Part shown: one piece after another, positions 37,311-49,406 of the stretch
Position numbering within the stretch: the stretch's first letter is position 1
Layout of the letters: each line of letters opens with the position of its first letter
Source: Trypanosoma brucei
Lineage: Eukaryota
Direction of reading: 5' to 3'
Assembly: GCA_000002445.1 (NCBI GenBank)
Contig: CM000207.1
Coordinates: forward strand, 128,001 to 192,000
DNA: 64,000 nt
Notes under the pieces: model-generated
Databases searched by the model: none
Seen by the model: only the letters and a program-made list of their open reading frames with translations
Told to the model about the DNA's origin: nothing
Position numbers and translations under genes: made by a program

Positions 37311-38327
37311 TTATGCAAACAGCCAAAATAAAAATATCCGTAGAAACTGTAAAATAATTTTGGCGGAACTCTTTTGTTCTTCTGGTGGTCTTGCCGTAGT
37401 GGCACCTGTTTCAGTGCTGGTAGTTGTTTGCGCATTTGGGTTTCCATCTTTTTGTGGTCCTTCTGTCCCCTTAGCTGGTGAGTTATCCCCTGTGCTTGGA
37501 ACTGTGTTTGGCTTTGGATATTTTTCCATGCTTGGCTTCCCGTCCGCACGTGGTTTTGTGCTTCCACTTGTACTTTCATCCTTGCTCATTTCTTCAACTT
37601 CTCTCACCAGATCTTCGAGCTTACTAAGCCATTCAATACCACTTGCGTTGTCCTCGTTAGATCCCCTTGGGTACAGCACACAAATGCCGTCGTTCTCTGA
37701 TTCCGCTCCATTGCAAGTATGCAGTCCGTACTCTTTACCTCCCCCGTAGGTATAGAGGTGTTCGCGTCCATCTGAGTTCTTACGTTTCTTTATGCGCATC
37801 CTGAATTGAACCTTATTCTCGTGAAATTCAGTTTCTGATGGCACACCTTTTCCACTTCCAGTTATGCATCTACTCCTCAAGTCGTCCCATGTGCTTCGGT
37901 GCTTTTGGATGGTTGGCCATTCCTGGGAGTTAACTTTTCTTACATTTCCCGTGTAACAAAGGTCCCTAAGATTTGGTTGCTGACCTGTTCCTTCGCACAA
38001 ACAAATAATATCTTTTACAAGAGACCTTCCTGCCGACGCAGGGATACCCCCACTGTCTTGTCCGTAATCCTGTTCTCTGTACCATTTCCATTTCATTCTA
38101 TTCAGATCATCAACTCCTGATTCAAACAATATATCTTTAACCCTTTTTTGCACAGAGGCCACGTCTGCTTTTGATTTTCCCTTCATTGTTTCAAGTGAAT
38201 CGCTTATTCGTCCAACGAAACTAACAAATTCACATAATATTTTAAATTCATCCTCATTAAGTATACCTTGCTCCGCGCCGGACACATAGGTCAATATTAA
38301 AGTCACACCAAGAACTAATCCCAGCAA
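37311..38327 (-). CDS. Small b-type-VSG-like GPI-anchored protein (338 aa); VSG-related/ESAG2-like candidate
   Basis: Intact minus-strand ORF. Signal peptide 'MLGLVLGVTLILTYVSGA'. 'IICLCEGTG' (the CxC of b-type VSGs) and 'HTCNGAESENDGICVLYP' (compare 'GCNGSKGHGICVKF' in the VSG at 60040 and 'GCTGADNAGMCVKIP' in the VSG at 8315). Ser/Thr/Pro-rich linker. C-terminal hydrophobic tail 'AKIILQFLRIFLFWLFA'. A polypyrimidine tract lies upstream on the coding strand (38370-38400). Confidence 0.55.
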   Translation of the reverse strand: MLGLVLGVTLILTYVSGAEQGILNEDEFKILCEFVSFVGRISDSLETMKGKSKADVASVQKRVKDILFESGVDDLNRMKWKWYREQDYGQDSGGIPASAGRSLVKDIICLCEGTGQQPNLRDLCYTGNVRKVNSQEWPTIQKHRSTWDDLRSRCITGSGKGVPSETEFHENKVQFRMRIKKRKNSDGREHLYTYGGGKEYGLHTCNGAESENDGICVLYPRGSNEDNASGIEWLSKLEDLVREVEEMSKDESTSGSTKPRADGKPSMEKYPKPNTVPSTGDNSPAKGTEGPQKDGNPNAQTTTSTETGATTARPPEEQKSSAKIILQFLRIFLFWLFA

Positions 38328-39296
38328 CTTCTTTCACATCTTCACCACGCCACCTTCAACTACCTTCCTGAAGGGAAAAGACAAACAATAGAAAGAAAAA
38401 GCCATATATCTACAACTTCACTTCCAAATAAACCGTATGCGCAGCCAACTGAGAAGCACTTCTAGTTTGTAAATCCCTTTTACTTTCGGTGCGTCAAATT
38501 AAAAGGAACTGTAGCTCATGCCAAATACATTTCTCTTTTCCTTTTTTAACGTCATAAACAGTGGGAGATAAGCCATTAACAAGTTGATGCGCATACACCA
38601 AACAAAATCCTTGACAACAAGCGTGCAAAAGCTGCTCCCTGACCCATTCGTACGACTTTGGTAACCACTCTGCTGGGTTTTCTGAGAACTCCCAGGCCTC
38701 AGGGCGATCGTAGTTCCAACTGAACTTTAAACAAGCGAGTTCCTACGTTTCTTCCTCAGAAACGAACTCAGAAATTCGACAGTACGTGATTTACTTTCAT
38801 CTGTAGAGGTTTTAAATTACTCCCACGGAAAGGAAGCACCTGCATAGATGAGTGTATTCTCGACTGCAAGAGGTAAAGAATTTATCCTCTTACGTAAACA
38901 AAATCTTTTAACCGCCACTCGCTCCTCAAAGAAGTACCAGCGGAAGCTCCTCGAACGCTGTCGCACATTTGCATCAGGTGTATTTTCACCGTATTTGTTG
39001 GCACAGGCATGCCCCTTTGATAGATGAGTTTCTTGCCTGATGCTTTCACACAGAGAAATACCTGGTATCAAACAGAATCACCAATCATATCCTTGGTACA
39101 CAAAACGCCGGCTCAACACATAAGTGTGAACCTCCAGAACGATAATGTCGAGTTCTGGCACTTGAGGAAAAGGCCCGCAATGCTTGTTTTCTTGAATTGG
39201 GCTGACTTTCAGCTTTCCGATGCATATTTGTAGCGACACGAAGAGCACCGTATGCTCCGCTCATCAACGATAACTGGAGTCACAATCGATATTCCT

Positions 39297-39857
39297 TTAT
39301 CCCTGTGTGACTAACCGAAAGTGCTTGTCGTCGCCACCAGTGCTACACTTGGTAGTTTTTTTTCCGTAACATCGGGCCCCTGCGCATGAAGTTAACTCTC
39401 CCAACAATTCTGTTAAGAAGCTACAGCGTATGCGTTGTAGTGAACATGCCATTGTATTCCTCTCATTTCCTGGGAGAGTTGAACATGTCGTTGTTCCGCA
39501 GCTTCGTATTCCATTGCCTGTCTTTTCACCGGTATCACACATTCCTTTAACGTTGTTGACGTATCTTGGGGGCACCGTACTGCCGTGTATCAGCTCCTGC
39601 TGTATCGCTAGGAATTCTTCTGACCTCGATGTGAAACCACCGCCCCTGTATTTCACTGCGCAACTGCGTGTAGTTGTGCCGGCATCTGCACCTATTTTTC
39701 CGTTAGTGCCGCATTGTTGTGCTTCGCATTGAACCAACATACCCATTTGACTTTGTTGCGCTGTGAGCACAAGCAACGATTCAGAGCAGTGTTTTGGTCC
39801 ACTATGTATTACGGGGCCTACCCTTTTTCGCACAAAGTAAATGTACAAATTATACAT
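39297..39857 (-). CDS. Cys-rich ORF (186 aa) of unknown identity; possible degenerate surface-protein fragment
   Basis: ORF with multiple Cys and Gly/Thr-rich stretches ('QQCGTNGKIGADAGTTTRSCAVKY', 'CGTTTCSTLPG', 'CYGKKTTKCSTGG'). No flanking support; it could be a chance ORF. Confidence 0.2.
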   Translation of the reverse strand: MYNLYIYFVRKRVGPVIHSGPKHCSESLLVLTAQQSQMGMLVQCEAQQCGTNGKIGADAGTTTRSCAVKYRGGGFTSRSEEFLAIQQELIHGSTVPPRYVNNVKGMCDTGEKTGNGIRSCGTTTCSTLPGNERNTMACSLQRIRCSFLTELLGELTSCAGARCYGKKTTKCSTGGDDKHFRLVTQG

Positions 39858-42800
39858 TTATTTGAGTCTTCTGCATGATTATCAGTAGCATCAATTTCAT
39901 AAGAAAGATTCACAGATTTGACTAGCGTGTGCCACCAGTATAATCTGAAGTAATTCCACAAGCAATTTTAGGCGCAATGCCGCACATCGTACAAATTGAT
40001 GATTCTGCAAAGATATCACTGATTTCTCTTCTTCTCCGTCTCTCTGTGTTCACCTCCTCGTGTGGTCCATAGTGGCATTTAGCAGTATCATATGTATCTC
40101 TCTTCTAATTTGTGCACGGTCAACTGATATTATTATATGTATAGCATTTTGGAGAGTCGCTCAGGCAGTAGTTTAGGTGCCACCACCAGTTGTGTTCCGG
40201 ATTTCATATTACTAGGTGATTTGTTACTGTAAATACCATGAATCAGCTGAGAGTTCCAGACACAATACGACACGCTCTACCTTGCATCCTTGCTGTGACT
40301 CTTGCTCTTTTCTTTTCGCCTCATAGAACCACATCTCAATTTTGCATATGACAGTGTGAGGTACAAGCACAAAGTGGTATGCTTGAAGTGGATTTTTGCT
40401 TGTCGCCCACTAATGTTGGTAGCTCACTGAGGGATGTGGTAGTCATGCGCTTGCAACATTTCCCACGTCCATTATGTGTCGTCGGAATCCCTTCCACAGT
40501 AACACGATAACAGGGAATACCTCAAGGTTCCTATCCTCTCCTCCATTCGGTTGCCACCAAACCCTAAAATCAGGAATATCCTTGAGGAAGTATCCCATTC
40601 AGAATGCGTCCTTTATTATCTCCATAATAAGTTGTATTCGCTTTTGTAGTGAGACCTGTTTATGGATAAAATTTCCAGAAGCGCCTAGTTGTTGTTGTTG
40701 TTTTCGCTCCGTCGTGGAACAGTGCGAAGTTGTACGGTGGCACCTGCGAAAGCGATCAGTTATTCGTGTCCGCTGGTTCGTTGATGATTGTGTCGCCACA
40801 GAAACCTTACAATTTCATACTATCTCTCTTTATCCCGATTGCTACAAACCACTCTCTTCTGACTGTCATTCAGATAAACTCGGCGCAACACATCACTTTT
40901 TTTTGTGTACAAAATCGCGCTTCGACAACATTTTTGTCCACCATATGTGTTACGGGATCATCGCGTATTTGATACCCAGCATTATTCCCACTTGCAAAGT
41001 CGCGAATGGTCTTCTGGTATTAGCTCAACTGGCCCTTACAACTTTCCCTTTCATACTGTTTCACGTTGTCAATGGCTTTCCGTTCCATCCACATAACTGT
41101 CATCACAGCTGCTAATGAGCAACGTGCAAAGAAACCTATGTACCTTTGATGTTAGGCTGCACAAAATCAATTCTATGTTGTCTGTGGCAAAAGATATTAA
41201 TGCATCGCAGTATATTTCCTCAATCGAGCTTGATGTTTCCCCTACGTTCCTCTGGGATTAGCCACGCACGGTTTTTCACCCTTTATATCTTTTGGAAAGA
41301 TGTGGATTGGGAAAATAATTCGCAAGCTTATGCATCACCACCCCTCCCTGGATTTCCTCCATATGCCTAGGATACTATCCAGAATTCCGTGGTGGATTTT
41401 GCTGTTGCTATTCTGTATGGAATGTGTTCTTCCTTAGGAGATAATCCGCACCTGATATTTTTGACCTCAAAACATCGACAACTGTCATAAACCTTCACGC
41501 TACGCTCTGTTTGTACCTTTCTCTGGTCGCACAATCACCAAGCCTGATAACATCAGTTTCATCCGTTGCGGGATGCTTTAGTCATTTCAGCCTCAGCATC
41601 CTTCAAGAGACGCTTCACTTCCACACATAGCAACTTGTATCTCAGAAGTTTCTGTAATGCTACCAACTTCGCCGTGGCTGAATTATCCTCAGTAAAAGCT
41701 AACATCCTTAAGTATTCACCAACTAGGTCATCAGGGTACAGAATCACATTTCGCATTACACTACGCCAATATGGCCCCCTTTCAGGGAATATATATACAG
41801 GGCAGCACTGTATAAAATGCAGGTGAGAGTCGAGAGCCCGTACACAAATGTCCCACAAAATGTATTCACCACACTCCTTCTACTCCCTTAATATTTAGAA
41901 GTCCCAAATGTTCATATTTTTCTGCAGCTGCTGAGGTCATGCCGTACATCCTACCACACAGATATTTCACACCTCTGTGCACAGAATGAAGTTTTCTAGG
42001 AATTTCCAACCACCGTTATTAACTTACTTCATGTGTAAAATAATAATAATAATAGAAACCAGACAGAACAAAAAGTAAGATCCTATTTGTCAACGGTAAC
42101 TTCATTGACAAACCCAACTCCTCAACGGGAAACCGAGAACAGGAAGCCACAAAGCATATGGCGCATATGATTTTCACCTCTCAGTTAAAATGAGGTGGAT
42201 TGCATGACTTACACACCTTCTAAGAGCACACCCTCCGAGTGACCCGATTATAAGAAAAGAGACACTATGACGGTTGAAAACAGTTTTTCATAAACCTTCA
42301 CTCCATCCGTGAGGATAAATGCGCAAACAATGATAACGATGGCAATACTAGTGAAAACAATGATGGAGCATTAGGATCATGGGGAAAAACATGTACTTTT
42401 ACATTAAGGAACCTTAATAAATAAAAAAAAAATACAAATGTTCCCTACACAGAGGTATAGGGGGTGTTCGCCAACTTCGCAACACTGGTCAAAAAGTATT
42501 TAAATGTATCGACCATTAGTGCAGTCAGTTGAATAAGAAGTAACATGTAATATATAAAAATATATACAAAACCTACAGACTCGAATGTCTCATCGTTATT
42601 CGCCCACTGAAAGTGATGTTAATTTCATGTTGAACAAAATGATGGAGACCGATACCGCAAATGCACCTCGTCCAAAACATATAACGCATACCAGTTGAAT
42701 GGAAGATACAATTTGTGTGCCCACATAATCTGCTTCATGCCATCACGTCAACACAACCAGGTGTCCGAATACTCCACAAATGTCTTCACCATTTGCAAAA

Positions 42801-45800
42801 CTTAGCATTGCTTCACATTGGCTTACACATAGCAGCATCCACCAAACAACTAGTGCAAGCAACATGTGATGGTCGGAACACTATGCACTGCAACTGCGAG
42901 AGGCCTTCATTTTTAGAAGCAAACATAAATTCAGTGAATCAGATTGGTAACATTGTCCGACGGATTCGATTGTGAGCTGCACCGGGTTGGAAAGCAACCA
43001 AAACAGATATCAGAATACCAGCGGTGGTGCATTCCGGTTTCGATGACAATTACAGGCGAAACAATCTCTACATTTCACCTCATGGGCGACAAACCGCAGC
43101 AAAAAAGCAAACCAAACACACGGCAATGTGCACATAAACAATTTACCAAAAGAACAGATAGGACGGCGAGTACTTGCTCTCAATGGCACATCACTAATCA
43201 GTTACCTTTGGGGTAGGTTGAGTACGTGTCAAACGATAAACACGCGTTGGCGCTAGTGAGAATAAGAATATCTTTTCATTGCATCAAAATATAAATCGTA
43301 ACCGCATTCGCCTCCGTTTGAAATTTAAAAAAGAGAGTTTAAAAAAACATTCACGCCAAGGTGTATGCTACTAATCATCATTTTTAAGCTTAACCGCGAA
43401 GTGCCAACATATATAGAAGGCAACTCGCCATAAACTTGCAACCCACTGCCTCAATAACGGCACCAAAACTTACTTGGTGGGATTAAACCTGCAAGAGCGG
43501 GCAAATTTTTGGGGTTGAACATAAGAACACAGAAACGCATAAGGGTTAATTGAAATATCACCCAACTTGTGATAACTCAACACAGAATGGGCGTAAAGAT
43601 TGACTTCTAAAGTTAAGAAAGATTACGTAATTCAAAATAGAAAATCATAAAATGATTCACGACGCAGCCCGCGCATGTGCACAACACAATGGACCACCAC
43701 AATATATTCACCTCAGCCAGAGCCCACCTCTGTGCCATATCAAAAGTGTTCCATACAGCAAAAAAAAAAAGAAAAACATAATGTCAACCGCGTCTGTGTG
43801 GCTTGCCTATCTCCCACATTATGCATGTCAGATTGCTTTTACATGCATAAAGAAGGGTAAGAGTTGGCATTACGTTTTTTTTCAAACTGTTGTCCCCTAC
43901 TCTGATTTTGTTTTTCACGTTGATTCAAAACCTCATGAAGGCTAAGATTTCCACTTGATACAGAACCCCGGTATTACAAGGTCGTATGAAAAACGACCAA
44001 GCAAACAAACGCGTCTCGCCCTTGATGTTCACTGTAAATCAGTGTGATGGAAGTTTTACAAAGTTTGGGCCGCCTGTTGGAGTTGTGAAATTGTTATGAC
44101 GCTCAAAGGAGGCGTGACCGACGGCGAGGAGGTCATCGATGCGGTAGAGCTAAACGACATTTACTACCGGCTCCCAGAGAGCTCACCCTCAACTCTCTGT
44201 CAAACTGATGTACAGATCATATGGATCATAGAACAGATTCGGATGCCTTCATGATAAAAATTGCGTGCACCGTTATACGACGGCGCCCATAGCTGTTCAA
44301 ATCACTTCGACGGTACTTTCTTTCCTTGAAATAATCAGACATAGAGAGGTGGGTGCTATTTCTTTTGCCTTTTTGAGGTAGCTTTTCTCTGCTCCGCGGA
44401 AGTGTGGTAAGCGAATAAATGTATTCCTACTTCACGAGCACACATACGCACCACAGTGTTCATACCACTACTGTTGGTTGGTCGTATAAGCCCTATTTTT
44501 TAACCATGCGGTCACAAACCCATCACAGTTATGCGATGTGAAGATTTCATGTATTTGAGGTTTGGGGTTTCTAATACTCCCTGTATATGCAGTATCTTTC
44601 TGTAATCATAAATATGAATATCCGCATGCTGATTTTCATCACGCAAACAGTTATATGCAACATTCCTGTGTTCAAATAACCTTGTGCCGAGGCGATACGA
44701 TTAACACGTACCACTATGCACACATCTCCAATCGCCCATGAGCAGGTGCAAGAAAAGAAATTTAGAGCATTAAGATAGTTAAAGATAACTTGCTCTCATT
44801 GCTTCCAAATCCTTCCCGGAGAAGGAATTGTGGTACGGAAACGTACAGATCTGACAAGTAGTACTCATCTGAGCAACAGAATCCTACCTGGTATTGCAAC
44901 TGTGGGGGTCATCGCAACTATAAGCCAAAACAACACACCGGAAATTCAGTGAAACAACAACCTATACAGTTTCCAAAACAACGGGTTCCATACATCGCAA
45001 GAGGCAAACTGTTGGCACACAACCACCTTCACATGGGTACTTATAACTTCAAACAACGCACCTGAATACCGCACTGCATCACCAATGTCTAGTTTTTAGT
45101 GCAGCAAAAACCAAGAGAATTTGCGTGCCATGTGCCTGTCAGTTTGCAGTGAAATGTCGAAGCCCGATTTTTCCGCGAAGCTTATGCACGTGCAAGCCTT
45201 AACCCGCGTCTGGTGCCTGTCAAAACTTTCGAATCTTAGCTAGGATGTCAAGAAAAAAACATTCGCCGCTCCTTCTCGACTTCAGGCGATGCCTCAGGTA
45301 AATAGACATCACCAGTCGTCAACGCGCTCCGCCGCAACAATGCAACTCTCTTTCCTCCCGAAGTAGAAGCGGATGGAGTTTAAGGAAAATACGCCTCCCG
45401 TCCGATATGGCCAAGAACCAGTTAACGCTCTAAAATGAATGTTTGCAGAGTGTCGACGCTCGTTTGGCACAGCACGGGGCCGTCGGAGACCCGAAAGTAA
45501 CGGAAACTTTGAAAGGCACGACTGCCACACTTGCGCCCGCAAGCGGCAACCGACCCTCAGTGACCTCTGGATGCTTTGGACAACCCCTGACGCAAGCACA
45601 GAAGCGTTGGGGGCGAGTGGATGAGAACAAGGGCCCATTGGCCGTTAGAATAAATGCGTACTCACACTAACGTAACCAGGGCTTCTGCGTACCTGAGAGT
45701 TAAGGTTGAAAGCCTGGCATCGCACTTGTAGCTTGAGGGTGGCTTTGCAGTTTCCATTGATAGGGTCCCAACCTGGCATATTAACTGAAAGTCCGTACCC

Positions 45801-46019
45801 TCTCCCACGCCACTACCGGCTTAAAAGGACGCGACGCTACCAACTCGAGAGCAGCGAAGACCTCCAACAGCATTCAAAAGACGGACAGCCTTCGGTGCGG
45901 CAGTACGAAGCAACATGGAAGGCTCCGCGCACTGTGAGTTCCGTGTTGCACGATCTTTCGGGGGAAAGGGAGTGGAACGGCTAAGTTTTCGGAAGCAGTG
46001 TGCTACGAAGCCTCGTCAG

Positions 46020-47068
46020 CATTTTTTTTTTTTTTGAAGAAGGAATCGATAAAGGAAGCGGACGAACCCAAGGGTGCCACTACACTTGCCGTTCGTGACG
46101 AGGATGTCCAAAAGGCTGCTGAAAACAAAGGCATCGCACTGCCTGCAAAAACAGAGGGCTGATCGCGACTGAAAATAGACACCGATGAAAACTTTGTAAA
46201 AAGGACGAGCGGTAGGGATTTCTTGAGATAGTTCGGCGAATGTAAACAGAGAAACCTAGGGTGCCGCTTGCTTTCTCTAGAGAAAAAAAAAAAACTTCCC
46301 TTCGAAGTTAGTTGCCGCACCGCGTCTATCGCCACCCTCGACTCGGGCTGCGCATGGGCGGACTCATGTCGAAGCACCTGCGGATTCGACACTTAAGGGA
46401 TATGTAGAGAAAGGGATCCAAAACACACGGACGGGCCAGGCAGTGAACATTCCAGGAGCCGACGGCTGACCATTTTAACCGTTTGCACACCCTGAGTTAG
46501 CAGAAGTGGTTTGGGGAGCTTCCCGCCAACTGATGGGGGTGAGGCTTGGTTGTGAAAGCGGAAGGAGCTAAGCAAGATTGCTATGCGAAAGCTGACTTAT
46601 CTTCGTAATCGATGAACTTCGTCTAGAGAAGACTGCTGAAAAATGCTTTCACTGAAGGAAAACTGCTTTTTCATTCCCTAGAGAAATCGACTAATAATGT
46701 CGAGTTGTATTAACTTGTCGCTGTGTCCGTTGGAACGTAGGAGCTCATGGCAAGAGATGTTGCCAGAAGGAAAGAACGCGGGCTGTGGCGACCCCGTGCG
46801 CAACAGTCATATTCCATCGCGTGGAAGTTTGCCGTTGGCTCTATTTTTGAGAAGGTGATACTGCTGATGGCACGCTGGCACGTGCCCAGGGACCGACAAA
46901 TGAAAAACGGTGTCCCAGCAAGACGCCGTTGATCCCTGTGCTGTATGATGCCGTGGCCGGAGCAAAGCAGTGTTCCCCATGAGAGGAACGCTGCTGGCTC
47001 TTGGCTTCTCCCGATGAGACGGGGTACTGGACCCTGGCACCACGTTGAGGTGGCCGGCGCAACCAGGG
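46020..47068 (-). mobile_element. Candidate RIME/ingi-type retroposon fragment (5' hallmark-like palindrome at 47033-47068; poly(A) as a T14 run at 46022-46037)
   Basis: 'ccctggcaccacgttgaggtggccggcgcaaccaggg' at 47033-47068 is a CCCTGG...CCAGGG palindrome resembling the conserved 5' 'CCCTGGC' signature of ingi/RIME/L1Tc/SIDER elements. On the minus strand the element would start 'CCCTGGTTGCGCCGGCCACC...' and run to a poly(A) about 1 kb away. This is recognition from memory and was not aligned. Confidence 0.3.
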
Positions 47069-48590
47069 TATTGATAAGGAGATGACTTTCTCCAAAATGA
47101 GAAAAGTAACTGTCCATGCCAGAGTGGCGTTGCCGGATTGTATGTCAGTACATTATTCTTGAGGGTGAAGGAGGGGGGCGTGAACGTATCATCTTCTGCT
47201 CAGGGCGTTTAGCGTGGATCCACGTCTAACACAACGAATATGTGGCTTCTTGTTGGAGGGGGAAAGTTGATCGAACGGGGATCTTAACGTAACTAACACT
47301 GCGAAGCTAACAGGCGTGACGTTCTAAGGACCATTGTAGGTCCTCGTTTCCATTCGTGATTGCAGGAAATGTATGGGAGAAGGGTCTGGATAGCAATCCC
47401 GGCCGTGAGAACCTGCGTTGTCTTACTTGTTTTTTTTTACAAAATTTTCCGTTCTCATTGAGATGTGCCCCACAATATGAAAGCTATCTGATAGAGAACC
47501 AAAGGGACTGGACAGTGGAAAGAAGTGGATCCAATAAGTTTTGAAGCCTAATATTCTGATAATGATGTGGAATACATACTATACCGACTGCTTTGCAACA
47601 ATGATATTGTCACATCACAGAACTGCAGGACATATTACAAATGCGTTCCTTGACAAAAGAAAAAACGTTTGAAGTGAACCGACAAGTGCTCCATCCCCTT
47701 ACGACGCAAGCAAAAACCGAAACATCAATAGGTGAGAGCCGTTGTCCACTGAAAATAACGAACGCGAGGATGCTAGCAAAGCAAACGTTGCTGTGTATAT
47801 GGTGGTTGGAACTGTTCCTCAGAAAAAGTGTATCTATGCGGTAGCTGCAACACCAAAACCCAAGGTTTGAGCACCGGTGAAGAGACAGAAACGTAAGAGA
47901 GCACTGCGGCGGGAAACCGTTCGGTCATTAGCGAGAGAAAGTTATCCAATGAGGGTGGGCTGTCAACGAAGATTGCGTCGATGTACGTGCAGATTAAACA
48001 GTCCACCGAAAGGGGAAAATGTAACGGCGATTGATTTTGTGGACAGAGACAACGTTTGAGACCGTTGAGTAGTACGCCTCGGTTACACGCTTTTTATCTT
48101 ACTTCAATTTCATATTAAAATGAAAATGAGAAGACTTTGAACCGTGTCTTATTTGTATTATTCTGAGCGGTGGTGGTTCAATAGCCTCCGCCTTTCCCCG
48201 TTCCCAGCTCATTCGAAACATTTTTCTGGAAAAAAAATCCCGGAATGCTGTAACACAGTGAAGCAAATGATACTTAAAATATTGTTATGATTGTATGTGT
48301 GTGATTACTGGGAGATGCTCTTATGCTTTCTTTGATATTACAACTTAAGTGATATGCGTGACTCGCATGGTGTAAGTCTGTGCTTCTCCACGTATTGAGC
48401 AGATTTCGGAGAATCTGTATATCGCCACCGATGGGCTTAAAATTCCTAAGCGTTTTGTGGAGGTGATGACAGGCGTGCATATCAAAATTTGTTTTTGCGA
48501 AACTCTTCTTTATGCCCTTGGTAATTTATTATGATACTTCTTGTAAGGTTCCGTATACACTTGAGTAGTGGCAGCTTGTGAAGTAAAACA

Positions 48591-49406
48591 ATGCTTAAAA
48601 TTGCAGCAGTCATTTTGTTGACGCTGAGGACGTGTACGCCCAGTGTCGTCTTCACACGACAACCAGACGTGCAGGTCACATATGGAGACGAAGGGCCGAG
48701 AGAGTACTTCGCTCCCACAGCAGAACAGTTGGCACGGGGAAAGATAACTCCAAAACACAAAACTCAGCCGATGGTGGGACCTTTGACCCATGGTAGTATA
48801 CCCGATGAAAGGAGCGAAGGAGGTGAAAGTGAGAAAAAAAGTAGTGAAAAAGTCAGCCCTAAGGCAAGCGATGTTGAGAACGAGGATGGTACAGTGGTTG
48901 AAGTATTACACCAACCAGAGGCGAGTGGGGCACCTGTTGTTGCAGGTGAGGAAAGCACATATATAGCAGCACAAAAGTCAAAAAGAACAAAAAAACAATA
49001 GGGCGAGGACGATGAGGGTAAAGGAGGGAAGAACAAAGAAGATATTTCAGGAATGCAAGCAAAAAATCGTAACTACAGCCATGATGCACATCCTGCACCA
49101 CGAGGTGCAGTCTCGGTGGTTGACCAAGGAAGCACACAAGGGGCGAAAACCGTGAGCAAACGATCAGTCGATGAGGGAGGAAAGGAGATTTCGCAGCAGC
49201 AAGTGTCGGGGCAGTATGAAAGCTACGTAGCGTTGCCACTGCGAAATGGAATGTCCGAACATGAAGTGAGTAGACCTTCAGAAGTGGCCTTGGACGATGT
49301 GGGTGAACCCTCGTCCTTAAGTGAAAGTGTACCGAGGAGAAACGGTGCGAGTCGCAAAAGGTGTGCGATATTACTCTCCACAGGATTAAGTGTGGTGTTC
49401 TCCTGA
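48591..49406 (+). pseudogene. Acidic secreted/GPI-type protein gene with a single in-frame stop (about 272 codons)
   Basis: ORFs 48591-49001 and 49053-49406 are in the same frame, separated by one TAG (48999-49001). Signal peptide 'MLKIAAVILLTLRTCTPSVVF'. Acidic, Ser/Glu/Lys-rich body. C-terminal hydrophobic 'CAILLSTGLSVVFS' (GPI-signal or TM-like). Family not recognised. Confidence 0.4.

Noticed and set aside
40474-41115. 213-aa + strand ORF
   Set aside because: Its composition is Cys/Phe/His-rich with no secondary-structure-like pattern, the surrounding region is degenerate, and the reverse-complement frames are not convincing either. It is treated as a chance ORF.
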